A stretch of 64,000 nucleotides of DNA from Tubulanus polymorphus. Lineage: Eukaryota; Animalia; Nemertea. Position numbers and translations under genes: made by a program. The stretch lies in the NCBI RefSeq assembly GCF_964204645.1, contig NC_134025.1:18513101-18577100 (forward strand). The letters are read 5' to 3'. Position 1 is the stretch's first letter; each line of letters opens with the position of its first letter. The notes beneath the pieces are model-generated. The model did no database searches, was not told where the DNA came from, and saw nothing but the letters and a program-made list of their open reading frames with translations. This document shows positions 50,041 through 64,000 of this stretch, piece by piece.

Positions 50041-52109
50041 AACAAGAGCCCCAAGGGCCACAATGGCCAGCCTGTCAGATTTGCTTTTTATAAATGATGT
50101 AATCTGTGGGTTATATTTATCAATATACACTCCCTGCTCAATATCATTTACATAGTAAAATCGTGTGTTAACACAGACAGCAGGAACAAATGAAATATCG
50201 ATCTAAGTTATTGTATTGTTCAACGCCCCTGGTGGCCATATACAAAACCAATGAGCTTGAAACTCACCAAGATCATAGACCATGTCATGAGCTACAACTT
50301 TCCAATTGATTGTGGTAGCAAAATATGCATAGGTACGAACGTAATATAGAAATACTAAGTTATTGTATTGTTCAACGCCCCCTGGTGGCCATAAACAAAA
50401 ACCAATGACCTTGATACTCACCACAATCATAGAACATGTTATGAGCTACACCTTTCCAACTGATTATGGTAGCAAAATATGCTTAAGTATCAATATGATG
50501 TGGAAAAACTTTTTTTCCACCTACGAATGAGTACTGACGACCCCAAGATGGCCGCCAATTGCGTCATAATTGCCTGGTCAAAAATACCCTCTCGGATATA
50601 AAAGAACCCTTTCCAAAGAATACCCATTACAAATTGCAATGAAAAATGGCACACCATTAGAAAGCTACAGGACTCAGAATTCAGGCCAAAATTGACATTT
50701 TTGGGAACAAAAAAGGTCACAGGACGGCCATCTTGAGTCCGATCGACCCAATTTTTCTCATGCCAATGGGCCCTTGGGGGATACAAATATATCAAATGAT
50801 CAAGGTTATTGATAAAAGTGTCTTCGAAATTTCCCTGGAAAACTTCAAAAATGTGTAAAAAGTGCTGATTTTGGCGAACAACAATGGCTGCCAGTCGGCC
50901 ATCTTGAATCTGACAGGGCCAGTTTTTGGCCTGAAGATGTGTCTAGGGTAGATACACGTATAAACCAAATATCAAGACATTACCTTGAAGCGTCTTCAAA
51001 ACTTTGGAACTCTCACGAACTATCTAGATGGTTATCTCTCGACCTCAAAAGCTTCAAGACCCATCTCAAAACAACTTTGTTCCATGCAGCATACCATTAA
51101 CTCTCGGAAAGCGAATTGGATTTAACATTTTTTTGGCAGAATAAAATTTGATTGAATTTGCAATTCGAGCACATGGCTAATTAGCATATCAAGGCCATAC
51201 ACCCGATTTGGTAAAACCTATTTTTTCGCGAACCTTGCGCAATTGTCAAGGATCAATGTTCTGTAAAGCAAATAAAAATTCCTCCCAAACACCAAATCAA
51301 CTAAAGATTTCATAGAAATCGATCTTGAAATACAATTTTAAATCTTAAAATAAAACCCGGAAGTAAAACAGTAGATGATACCGCGGGTTCACGTGAACAC
51401 CTGATTTCTGTAAACGAAATCCTGGTTGTGACAAAATTGTTCAGACGGTTTTTGGTGGTAATTAGTACGGAAACGTAACGACCATGGTCGACTTATTCGA
51501 TGAAATCAGGCCAAAATTCAAAGAAACCTCGAAATATCGAACCGGAACACTTCCGGTAGATATCCGCGGCTGCCCAATCGGGAAACTCATTTGTTTCAAT
51601 AGATATTGATAGGATCCATCATCTTCACCCGTCAAGGGATTCGAACCCACTAAGCTAAAGCGCTGCCAGAATCGGGTCGGGCCAATCACAGCGCTTGTAA
51701 CAAACCACATTAGGCTTCTGTGGAATTTCCCAGTAAATGGGCCAATCAGCGAACACGAAGCAAACGCGGAAGTATTGTCGCGTGTTGATACATGACGTCA
51801 TGCGCAAAAGCGCCAGTAATGAAATCACGATAACTCACGTGAACAGCTGCTGATATTTTCAGATAAACCAATCACAGGGAAGACACAACTTCCTGATTGG
51901 CTGATAAAAATTGAAATTTTCACGATTTAATTTTCATGAAAAATGCAGAAAACATTTTTATGAAACCATAAATTCTGCTCGCTACGATTCCGAGAATGGA
52001 TTACGCTTAAATACGTGATTTGTTCGAATATGCCCTCACTTGGCAGGCAAAAGAGCCTTTTGTGTGGAAACCATGTCATTTAAATTCGCTCCATTTGTAG
52101 AGTAATAGG
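50041..52109 (-). mobile_element. Chimeric HINE family D, copy 2
   Basis: Near-identical to 25445-27887 but lacks the ~290 bp present at about 26990-27283. Confidence 0.85.
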
Positions 52110-52691
52110 TAAAAACCATACCAGGAACAAATAACAGTTAATTGTTACTTATTCGAGGGGATATTTGAAAAAGTAACCGAATAAGGAATATGAAACAAGT
52201 AACCAACTTCACTGGGGTCGAATTCTGGAATACTTTTGAGTTGGTGAATAAAATGTATAATTTCAGAATCCAAGAAGGCCACCAATAAGCCATCTGGGAT
52301 GACATCATGACCTATCAAGGTCATACAAACATTCAATTTCGCATTCCCGTATGAAAACTGAAAACTCTACATGGAATATTATATCAATTGATATCCAAAA
52401 CTTGCATTTTCAGAATCTGTGAAGGCTGATAATATCTGTTGTGGTTGTATCAAATTGGAAGACAATTGGCTTGCAATGTACATAAACTTGCCTCTTAGAA
52501 GTCAGTTGAATCCGATAACCACAAATATTGAACTTGTCCGATCTTTATCTAGTCTTGGTATCACGATAATTCTACATTTCTTACCTAGCAGGGATTCTGG
52601 TGCTTTGACTGGCTGCTGAGGAATTTCATTTTGATTTCCTGCCATGCGAGCATTTAAACATATCCCTGAAAATACAGATCAGATTTTCAAT

Positions 52692-54346
52692 AACAAAAGG
52701 CCCATGGGCCTTGAAGCATTGGTAGATTATACTGTGGTAAGGTATTAAGCGGTAAATGCTTTACATCTGCCGGAAATTGTTCTATGACGATGTTGATTGG
52801 GAGACCACAGACTTAAGAATTGAATGAATTTCATTTTTCTGCCAAACGATTTAGCCTATTTATGCTATTTGTATTGTTAAACCTCATTCATGGGATTCTG
52901 TTAAAGACAAACTAGTCTATTCTGATGTTTTCCATCATATCCCAGCCAAGAGATTTATATCAATCAAGATTTGTATACAAAAAACCCATTTGGCACTTTC
53001 GCCTACACAAGATTCGTATTCAACGTACAACTATAAAGATAATCTCGACTGACAGTGGTTTTTCATGCATGAACAGTTAGGCCCTATTGCTAAATAATGA
53101 AAACAAAAACTTTTCTGAATGAAAATACTCTGATGCATAATAGGTAGATCGACCGGACAAATGTACGCATCAAAACGTCGCACAGCGAGCGATGCCGACG
53201 TTGGTGTCACTGAGGCAGGCTTAGTCTTTTTGTTTGTTTACGTCGTTCGGACCTTGGTTTTAAACCCTATTGGATAGTGCGTTTAACCTCACAATGGGAC
53301 GACCTTTAAAGTGTTGCCCGCATACAGTAAGCAGCCAGCAGGACTCGAACCCACTTGACACTCACCACTGATAGTGGATGCAACAGCATCACGCCTTATC
53401 TCACTGAGCTACTGAGGCCGCTCGATTCAACTCCAAAAAACTACAGCAGCAGCAAATAACCATCGCGATATTGCAATTTACGACAAACAACGTGTAATTT
53501 AATCACTGTTGTGGTGTTCAATGTATGGAAAAGATAACAGTTATTTTTACCGGCGCGTATTACAAAGCGAATCGTGAGTGCGCAGGCGGGCAGGGCATCT
53601 TAAAGTGAAAACTTATCTTAGAATATAGCCGAACCGATGGAATTTTATGATAAACCGTCAGTCAACTGATTGATGATACAACATGGTTGTTCTCGGCGTA
53701 CTTAACAATGATATTTTCCTCCAATAAACAACTCTGGTGAAATTGAATAAATAATCTATCTTTGATGATATCGTATCATAGTTGGGCGGTACTGCCTACT
53801 GTTTGATGTTTCGTGTCATCATGAAATGGTTTTAACTTTAGTAAAGGTGTTCCTGTGCGATAACATAACTTACCTATACGGGTTCCAGTCATGAGTAGGC
53901 TGACCGTTCCACTGCTCTAGAAATATGTATTCTGCCGTTGAGAATTAATCTCAATTAATCTCATTGCTTCTGATAGGAGGAATAACAGTGGTATTTAAAG
54001 ACTATGGTATCTATATACCGGGTTACATACAGTTATGTTTTTCTATTCAAAAGAGGCCATTCCCCATTCTTTACTGCCAATGTCAATGCAGACATATCAC
54101 TAAGCGATTGCTAAAAATGTGATAGAATATCTTTGTAGCCAATAAATCAGAAATCCGCCGACGCTATCTTGTAGGGAATAATTGAAACATTATTTTGTGT
54201 CATTTTCAGCTGTGTCTAATGTTTTACGAGAATGAAGTTACAATTTGAAGTAACTATGAAAATTAAAAGATGCGGTGCTTTTGTTTATACTACGACTTTC
54301 GATCCACTTTACTAGCATTGGCATGACGTCATAGAAGTCAACCAAT
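52692..54346 (-). mobile_element. HINE-like family B, copy 2, including the SINE at about 53225-53420
   Basis: Colinear with 11115-14426 and shows the empty HINE-A site at about 53435. Confidence 0.8.
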
Positions 54347-54457
54347 CTTAATAATAATGATTATAAAATGTATTTTTATACCGCTCTCCACTGCATTTTA
54401 GAGTGGTTTACATAAAATATCCACATCATCCTATTATATTTAAATAAAATGTTCTTT

Positions 54458-56190
54458 AACTAGGGGTCCAGGGACATGCCCGCTTGGGAAGTGATTCAAA
54501 TGCTCAACAATCTTACAATTTCCATATTCGACGCCCCTGGTGATCATATACAAAAAGCCAATGTCCTCGAAACTCACCACTTTCATGGAAAATGTCAGCA
54601 GCTACGATTTTGTCATTGATTGGGATAACAAAATATGTCTAGGTACCAATGTAATATGGAAATACTAAGGTCGGAATCACATTTGCGTGACGTCCAAGCG
54701 AAACATACTATAGAAATGATCCCTAAAAGTATCATCTATATAAGGTATTCTACTAGTCAACGCCCCCTGGTGACTATGCAACCCCAATGACCTTTAAACC
54801 CACCACAATCATGGATCATGTCATACATGCTACAACTTTGCAATTGATCATGGTACCGTAACAAAATATGGCCACGTATCAATACAATAAGAAAATACTA
54901 AATTATTCTACTATTCAACACCCCCTTGTGACCATATTGAATAACTAATGACCTTGAAACTCACCACAATCATAGACCATGTCATGAGCTACAACTTTGC
55001 GATTGATTGTGGTATCAAAATATGCATAGGTACGAATACAAAATAGAACAAGAAACGAAATTCTTAATATGGACATTCCTAAATTTACATGAGTAGATGT
55101 TTAATCAGCTTCAAAATTAAACATTGGTACTCTACATTAGAGGTTTATAAGCAGAACAAATGAAAAATAGTGAAAACCATTGGATTGAATTCAAATTATG
55201 GGAGAAGACTGACTTTTTACGGATAATAATATCGAAAATAAGGATGGAAAATATCAACAAAAAATGTCTCTTTTCGAATTATGAATGGAAACACATAGGC
55301 CTACCTATCTTTGGCATGAAGTCTTTGGCAGAATTTCAGAGAATCCGTGCGCCAAGTAATCAAAAAAGCCTAAGAGGTCCCCCTTGATTGAATCTTGAAG
55401 TTTTCATGAAAATCTGTCAATTGATACGATCTCCATCACACACAACTGCACGACGATTCATCATGAATATACATGGTAGCAGGTTCCCCACTAACTCAAA
55501 TAGAAACTCTCCACGTTCATGGCATCACGATTTCCATACACTGTGTGCGAAGTTTGTTAGAAAATTTATTTTTGTAAATTAAACAATTTCCTAGTTCCCA
55601 ATTTTACTACCCTTCTATAAAATTCACTTTTTTCATGGACAGCCGCGACGAACCCTGGCAGTTGAATTATTTGCAGTTTCCAGGAAAACTTCAACTAGGC
55701 CGCACGAGGCGCTTTTCATATACATGCACCGATTACATGCACCGATTCAATACATCACATAGCAGCAAGTAGGTATTGAGCACGTGTGTGAAGCATGAAT
55801 ATAACATAAAAGTGCATGTGTTCTTCCGAAACGAAATGTAGTTCCAACAACAAATAAATAACTAAATTCATAAATAAGCAACAGATTCCGATGAATTCAA
55901 AAGAGTTAGACCTTTTATTACTGCATTGAATGTTTTAAAAGTTCCAAAGTGAAACTAAGCTTCCGATGGAAGTTATTTTTTACCAAAGGAAGAAAGTTTC
56001 ATATGCGATAACAAAATGGACTTCACTAAAGCGAAAAATATCATAAATACTGTATTACTCAATGCCCCCTGGTGGCCATATACAAAGACCAATGACCTTG
56101 AAACTCACGACAGTCATAGAACACCTCATGAGCTACAACTTTCCGATTGATTGTGGTAACAAAATATATGCTCAAGTATCAATATGTGGA
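54458..56190 (-). mobile_element. HINE family A, copy 4 (partial, with a nested repeat at about 55045-56035)
   Basis: AACTAGGGGTCCAGGGAC end and 154-bp units. A further end fragment lies at 60101. Confidence 0.78.
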
Positions 56191-56749
56191 ACTAGAAAGA
56201 ATCTTTCTATGTGGACGGGTAAGAAACAATTTTGATCGAAGACACTCAGTGATAGTTACGAACTATAACATTCAACACCAGGCCACTGCCATGTGAGAAC
56301 GCGACTTGTACACATTCACCGGGTATTGACATGGTTTTGAATACGTTAAAGATAGGATTGTTTTAATTAGGCAGGCAAGCTTACATCTTACCTCAGACAA
56401 ATCTTTGTTACGCGCAATATACACCTAATGCGCATTATCTATAAAGGATGCACACACGCAGTGAACACAAGCGTATAAAGCGATATCGCTCATCACTGTG
56501 CTGCAGTTAACCAACTAATACAAATAATCAGGCTCCAAAACGGATCGCTGATGCGCTAATCCGATTGCTAAAATGACTTCAATTAATAATGATAAAATAA
56601 GTATTCCAGTTGTGTAAATATCAGACTCATCTTTAAAAATTCGATGCTATATCAGCTGATCTGATATAGCATCTTGGAGGAATCTGACAGATTACTCCAA
56701 GCAAATGAGAAATCAGAAAGGCCACCCAGGCATATGAGAAAGGTATCAT

Positions 56750-58799
56750 ATCAAGCGACCTAGACAAAGCCAACATACGCAATGACTTCATCGGTTTTTA
56801 CTAATGAAGACCTACACAATAACCTTGCATGTAACGTGGAGTGCCAGGTGGAGCTCGACAATATTGATTTCAACAAAGATGATATTATCAAGATACTTGA
56901 AAAGATCAACCCAAACAAATCACCTGGATCTGGCATTCATACATGCATCCTAACAGAATAGGTAGGAGAAATAGCCGATCCACTAAAGATACTATTTCAA
57001 AATTCAAGTAGCACAGGCACTATACCCCAAGACCATAAAAAGGACAAACCACTGCAATCTACAAAAGAAAAAGGTAACAAACACAAAGTCAATTATTACA
57101 GACCGATAAGTCTTACTTTGGTGGTTTGTTAAGTGCTTGAAACCATAATATGCAGCATGGTCATTGACCACTTACAACCAAAAGGTTTCCTTTTGCCACA
57201 ACAGAACGTATTCATCGAGAAAAGATCATTAGCGACACAGTTATTCGAATGTACGTACGACTGGACCAACTTCATTGACCAAGGAAAAAAAAGTCAACGT
57301 TTTATATACAGACTTTAGAAAAGCATTCAACAAAGTGCTGCATCAAAGATAACAACTCAAATTGTCCAAGTACAGGAAATCTGGTAACTGCCTTAAATGG
57401 ATTCAATGCTCCTCAACTGAGCGGCTCCAAGGCGTTTGATTTAATAATGATTACTCAAGCTGGAAAGACCACCCATGTTCCTGGTGTACATAAACGACAG
57501 CCCAAATGTTATTTCCTGTAGAACAAAAATGTTTTGCTGATGATGCTAAATTGTACTGTGCATATAATCTGCACAAGACAGTAACACATTACAAGAAAAC
57601 ATTTATCACCTACAACACTGATGTAAAAAAAGGCAACTCGAGGTCCACACTGATAAATATCACGTCCGCCATCTTAAACTAAACAACAATTTGAATGCCT
57701 ACTACATTCTTAACGAAGGTGGTACACAGCAACATATTCAGATCACCCTGCATGAAAAAGATCTAGTGTTATAATCGAGCACAGCAAAGTCGTTGTAACA
57801 AGAGCGAATAGAATCTCAACCTTATTAAGCATACATACTCAACAAGATGACTTTCAAATATCTGTATACGGCACTTGCCCGACCAATACTTGAATATGGC
57901 ACGGTAATATTTGACCCAAAACTTCAAATGTTAATTGACAACCTTGAAGCTGTACATCAACGAGCAACTAAACTACCCAGACCGTTAAGAGAACTAAAGG
58001 CTGGCTTATGTCGACAAGCAAAGCAAGGCCTACTGAACTGGAGATCGGCGATAATTTCGGTCTAACTGTAAAAATTAAAGGTTTTCAAGGACATTGTCTG
58101 CCAACCTTTCAAATTTAAAGACTCCCACTGACTTTCCCAGCACAAAACAAGGAATTTAAAACCGCTACATTACCGACCCTTGGTGCAAGGTGCCCGTTCA
58201 CACCAAGTGAATAATTCAAAGCTAATAATTCAAAGTAACTTGAATTTATTCTTGAAATGCTTATCATGTCACCATCTGAGCTGGTGCAGGGAAGCAACTT
58301 TGGAGGATCTCATATCCCGCTAGTCGCAGTTGCGTCGGTAGGAGTCGGCAGGCGTCGCGTAGCTTGCCGACATAAGCTAGTTTTATATACCATGAAGGTC
58401 TCTGTCAACTCTTACCAACCCGTGCCCACAGAGGAGTATGTGGCGATATGATTAACACATATAAATATCAAGTTCAACGTAACCGATATACCCTTCGAGC
58501 TATCCAAAGACCAGAATAGAGGTCATTCATAGAAGCTAGAAAAGAAACATTGCTACACCACTTCTTTGGTATATGCCTCATTAACACATGGAATAGACTC
58601 CAAGAACAAGTAGTGACAGAGCCATCCACAAACGCATTTAAGAACCGTTTAAACAGATAACACCGAAAATACACACAACTATCAAGCAGCACCTTAATAA
58701 CTAGGCCTGTCGCTGCCACTATCTATTGACATTATTTGCAAAATTAAGCGACCAAAGCGCTACTGAGCCCAATTAAATTAGCCCAATGCCTGTAATACA

Positions 58800-58838
<39 letters not shown>

Positions 58839-58866
58839 ACTGCTACTACTACTACTACTACCACCA
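56750..58866 (+). mobile_element. CR1-clade LINE, 5' truncated and decayed, with a (TAC/TGC)n tail
   Basis: Motifs NKSPG, NYRPISLT, DFRKAF, FADDAKL, RPILEYG, RGHS.KL and WN.L..VV..NAFKNRL. Microsatellite tail at 58796-58866. Confidence 0.9.
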
Positions 58867-59345
58867 TTAAAGGTCGTCGGGTAATTCGTAGGAATTTCAG
58901 GGATGTGCTTCAATGGATGACTATTCCTAACAACATTCTTTTTTGTTGTTTTAACCCGGTAACTTTTTCTTTACGCGAGATTGATTCATAATACATTACT
59001 ATACGCAAATTTGAAATGGACCAATGGAATGTTATATTTCTGTCTGAATTGAACACTACATTTAGAAGCTGATTGCAGTCAAGTTTTTGAAACTATTTCC
59101 AGGCTGGAAAGAGGAAAAGTAATGAAAGTCGTTGGACTAAAGGGATGCCGGCGGAGAGCCCCCCTAACCCTTCATTCACAACGGTCAGTGCATAGATCAA
59201 CGACTTACGTTTAGGGTCCAGGGACAACAAGCCCAATTGGCGAAATGCTTGTTGATATGACTTTCAATATTTTTATGCCCTGGGCCCGGATTTAAAGACC
59301 AGTTTTAACTATAACCTGGGGGTAACTCAATTGAAAAATTAATAC

Positions 59346-59665
59346 CTGTCTATAAAACTGGCCCCACTAAATCCACTGCAGTTATCGCAGAGATTACTCT
59401 TTATGTTATTAACTGTTCTAATAAGTTTAAGCTTTGCTTTGTCTTCCTCAGCCCTGTCAATATCATTACTTGGGAACTCAACGTTCAAAGGTGCAAAAGA
59501 TGCACAGGTGCAATGATTTATTCGATTTGCCATCCAGGCGAAACAATTGGTGAATTTCTGACCTCTTTGAGGCATGTTTATGTCCATTGCAAGGCAATTG
59601 TCCTCAAGCATTGTCACAACCATACAAGATACTAGGGCTTTGAAACAGAAACCTGAAGTACCCAT
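59346..59665 (-). CDS. Possible first coding exon of a secreted Cys-containing protein
   Basis: MGTSGFCFKALVSCMVVTMLEDNCLA-..., open to the donor CAG/GTATT (phase 2). An inverted homolog lies at about 52430-52505. Confidence 0.4.
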
Positions 59666-60559
59666 CTATCCCCCTTTATCATCTGGAGGTCCCAAAGCCC
59701 CTGTGGCTGACTGCAGAGTCTATGAAATGGGTAAATAGAGCTGGTTCAAACGTTGAACTACCCTGAGCTGTCTGCTGATAGTTGCATTGGTATTCACTAC
59801 CAGAAAGAGGTTATGGAGACTGATAGGGACTACGTGGTCACATCTTTTTTTCCCACATGGAGTGGTTAATACATGTAGTTTAAATATATATACGTGTAAA
59901 TATATGTACACAACACGCATACCTGATTTCATTGTCCTTAGTGTTCTGTATTTTCTTCTCTTCTGACTGATTTCATCATTGTTCTCTTTCTTTCTCTTCC
60001 ATCCCTTCTTCAATTTTGCCAATGAAACTGGAAACATATATTCGGTGTAAGGTGCAATTTGAAAAATACTGATTAACATATTACTGATCATTTCCTGGAT
60101 AACTAGGGGTCCAGGGTCACCATGCCTAGTTGGGAAGTGGTTTGGAAATGCTAAAAAATCTGAGTGTATCAGTATTCAAACACAGCCTAGTGAATACATA
60201 CAGAATTATGAATACAGAATACATACAGGCTATTACAGTGCACAATGGCAAAAATAACGATTTTCTGTTTTTGACATGACATAAAAGTTTAAAGCCTTTT
60301 CTTCCTAAATATACAAGGATTATTAAAAAATTCTACATCTAAATGGTCTAATTGTTAGTTTTAAGATGCCTTTTCTTAATGAGCTATTCATTTAATTTGT
60401 TAAAACATTCAAAGTTATCGGTCTATTTCACTAATCGTAGTTTCGTAACCCATTTACTGATGTGCCTAAATCGGGTATTGAATGAAAGCTAAGAAGTAGC
60501 TGAAAAACAGCGTAGAAATACAAATAACATTATCGAAATGGAGAATAGTCAACACGAAG

Positions 60560-63378
60560 AAACAACTTGCTCAAGTTCAGAGTGACATCTACTTCCTCAC
60601 AAGATGCAAGGAGTCCAACATCGTACGGCAAGGACTGAGAATCACGAATCCTTACGCAACACCTACCATACCCAGTATTCCGAAATACTCTGCAAGATAT
60701 TCTCGAAGGAGCTACAAAACCATCTCATCAGTGTCATGTACAGCAAGCAGCGGCAGATTAAGAATCAACTCCAACTACTACTCAATGATCACCAACTTAA
60801 CGACACTCAGAGAACCGCTATCGAATCCACAGCCAACTGAAATCCACGATCAACACATGAAGTCAGCACTTCATACCAAAAATAGAAAATTCGACAAACT
60901 GAAACAACTAGAACCAGCCAACACTACTACCAACTACCAACGTTGTCAATCTGTCTACATACGAACCATCTCAAGTCGAACTAAATGTACTCTCCAAAGG
61001 TCTAAGCTTTTGTCACACCAACAATATCGACAAAGTTCAACTCTGCGGCGACATGGAACAATTTTCCAGACGCCTCCGCCTCAAAGAATTCTTCCGCAGA
61101 AAGAATACTATCGACACAGGAACCACTACACCTCACAGCATCGACCAGAAACAGAAACCACCACAGTACAAGCTGATACCGAAAACACGCCTTACACACA
61201 GATCACCAGTTCAGGTACCACAGACACCACACTAAGTGATAATCGCAGACTACCTGTACCCGCACTCAAGACTCAATCCAGTTGGTCTCCCCCCGAAGGT
61301 CGCAACACTGAGCTCGATCTTTACATCACTAGCTTCAGAAACAGAGTCAGATCAGAAATCATCAACACACCACCTAAAATTCAATACAATCTCACTACAG
61401 CAGAACAATAAATTGCCCATGGGCAAAGTGTGGTTTACCTTGAAAGCTAGAGGTTGTTTGGAATAAGGGCATTGCTTGAAAAATCTTATTAATTCGTGAC
61501 TTCAAAGTTTCACAAGTTTATATTGCATTTTATCTTTCTTAAAGAATTATTTTGTAGTCAAATCAGACCAAAGATATACATTTGTTTAAGGTCCACGTCC
61601 AAAATTCTGTACAGTACAGGTAGGCGCGGCAGGGAAACTATTTTATATTTTCAAAAAAATATTTTTCACAATATGAAAAAATATTCAAATAAAATTCACA
61701 TGATGTCACATATCAGAGGGTCGCTGAATATTGAGTCTTGGAAACGAAACCTGTTCCAATGTATGGCTAAAAACACCGGGGCGTAGCATTAGATTGTTTT
61801 AAATCCTGGAATTTACCACTACAATATTCAGACCTCGACCTATACCTATAGTTTGCTGCTTAGTATTTTCAGGTCACAAGAAATAACAATTTATTACAAA
61901 TTCTATCAAACAGAAAACACAGCGCTCATCTTCTGCTACGATGATTATTCAGCCTGTTATCATATCAAACGTGCACGCGCCAAGCAGCGTTACAGCATCA
62001 CCATATAGTAGTCTGTATGAGCGTGTGTTTGTGTGTGCAACAGTCTAATGTTTAGCACACGTAGAGGCCTTGTGCAGTGAACCTTCGCTTCACTTCAATC
62101 TCAATCAACACAATCACCGGGTATCAAAATTAGACAATACCTATGGCGATATGTGAAATAATTATATTCTCACCAGCAATGAGCAATTAAAATTCGCACA
62201 CACCTTGTCCAAAGAAACGTTCGCCATAAATGGCTTCCCCATTATTATTCTAGTAGCGCCGGAATTCCCCGTATATCCCAAAAACAGCCAATCCCATTCG
62301 CTCGTCGAGACGACGCTCCCACAATCGAGGTCATTGCAATTTTATACGCAAGAGCTAAGAATTTTCCCGCCAAAAACAGTTTTTCGTCGAATTTAAACAA
62401 AGTTGACCATGTCATCGACGGAGGTTCGTCATGTCTTCAATCGCATCGATTATACATCGTTTAACCCGAGAACCAATGAAAAAAATGCTCACATAAAATA
62501 ACGTACCGCGACTTTACATGAATTGGCTCAATGCCAACCTCATACTGCTGATAAAGGTAAACCAAAAAGCCATAATCACACGCAAAAACAACGGAGACAT
62601 CATCATCAAACCTGCTGACAAAGGAGGCACCACTGTCATCATGAATCGAAACGACTACATCAACGAAGCACACCGCCAACTTCACAATACCAACTTCTAC
62701 AAAAAACTCGACCAAGACCCCACCAGCCAGTTTACCAAAGAACTCAAACAACTCATCAAACCTCTACCCACCGAATTGAAGAACTACTCGCTACAATACC
62801 AGCTGATCTGACACCGGGCACCTTCTACATTCTCCTGAAGATACACAAGAAGAATAACCCGGACGCCCAATCATCTCCAGCATCGGGACTATCACCGAGA
62901 ATATATCTGGCTACATAGATCATCTCCTACTTCCACACCACAGATTTCATCAACAAACTCGCAAACATCAAAGACCTCCCAGCAGACACCCTACTCGTCA
63001 CTATGGACGTCACAGCTCTCTACACCAGCATACCACATGAAGATGGACTCACCGCAATTTCCAGAACCTAACCTAACAACGAAAACTCACAGACCATCAT
63101 CGATCTCACCAAGTTTGTACTCAAACACAACTACTTCAAATTCAACGGATCGCTCTACATCCAGACCAAGGGTACAGCTATGGGCACCAGAATGGCCCCC
63201 CAATACGCCAACATATTCATGTCTGTCATTGAAGAAGACTTCCTCAAAACACAGCAGCACTCGCAACTTTTATACAATCGCTTCATCAACGACGTCTTCA
63301 TCATTTGGACGCATGGGCTTGAAAAACTACTTGAATTCCACAGAAACTTCACCAACTTTCATCCAGCCATCGAACTCA
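60560..63378 (+). mobile_element. Penelope-like retroelement RT remnant, interrupted at about 61409-62562
   Basis: Motifs [71 protein letters not shown] and RFINDVF. Confidence 0.92.
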
Positions 63379-64000
63379 GTCGACTCTGTTTATTTTACTT
63401 TGATTTAGTTTAATTTTGATTTATTTCTCTTTGATTTGTTTCAGTTTGTTGTTCCTTAATTAATTAATTATCTACTCACTCACTTAGTTATTAATTATCA
63501 TGTCACTCATTATTTATTTGTAATTACTCTTCTCACTCAGTTCTCTATAATTAGTGTCAGTCTACCTATAAATACTGTTGTTTTCCCATTGACTCTACTC
63601 TAAAAAACATGGTTTCCCATCGAATTCAATGATTATCGCTCGTACAATCTGGTTTATTTCGTCGTTTTAATTACAAAGTAATGTCTCTTTCTAAAGAGCA
63701 ACGAACATAGCGAACTCTCTTAATAAATTGATGAGTTGTAACCTTCAATCTGTAGCTGTAAATAGTGAGTGGATGACTCTGTTAGAGGATTATTTCGTCA
63801 ACGATTGTCAGGACATTCCTTCCTCGTCGTCTGAAGAAGATTCAGACAATGAATTATCTGAGATTGCAGTCGAACAAAACTGTGTAAATAGTAATGTAAA
63901 TAACTCGCAATGTTCCTCTTTTAATTCCGTGTCAACTCTGGATGCTACTCCGCTTTCGTCATCATCAAGTAGGCCTAGGTCGAAACAGTTACAAAATTAA

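Noticed and set aside
7220-50795. Recurring ORFs containing NWVDRTQDGRP or MADWQPLLFAK
   Set aside because: They are translations of the non-coding HINE-A core, and the frames are not conserved between copies.
50032-52109. AGTAATAGG at both ends of HINE-D copy 2 as a TSD
   Set aside because: Copy 1 ends in the same string with a different left flank, so the string belongs to the element.
63380-64000. Acidic, Ser-rich ORF at the window end
   Set aside because: Low complexity and probably the start of another transposon; too little sequence to call.

Overview
AT-rich eukaryotic DNA, most likely from a marine invertebrate: it has GT-AG introns, no operons, and no rRNA or CRISPR. Most of the window is nested, largely decayed transposable elements. 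These include the right end of a P-element-like transposon carrying a second, convergent 3-exon gene, two BEL/Pao remnants, and a Ty3/Gypsy element with an SGNH-esterase-like extra ORF. Also present are a hAT transposase element, CR1 and Penelope retroelements (one with hammerhead ribozyme motifs), a Polinton/adintovirus-like remnant, many MITEs, several Helentron/HINE-type rolling-circle families and a 31-bp palindromic satellite. The only likely host-gene sequence is a minus-strand array of 3-4 paralogous signal-peptide-like exons, all ending in a phase-1 donor, which were pulled apart by about 19 kb of insertions. All family assignments come from motif recognition by eye; no database search was run.
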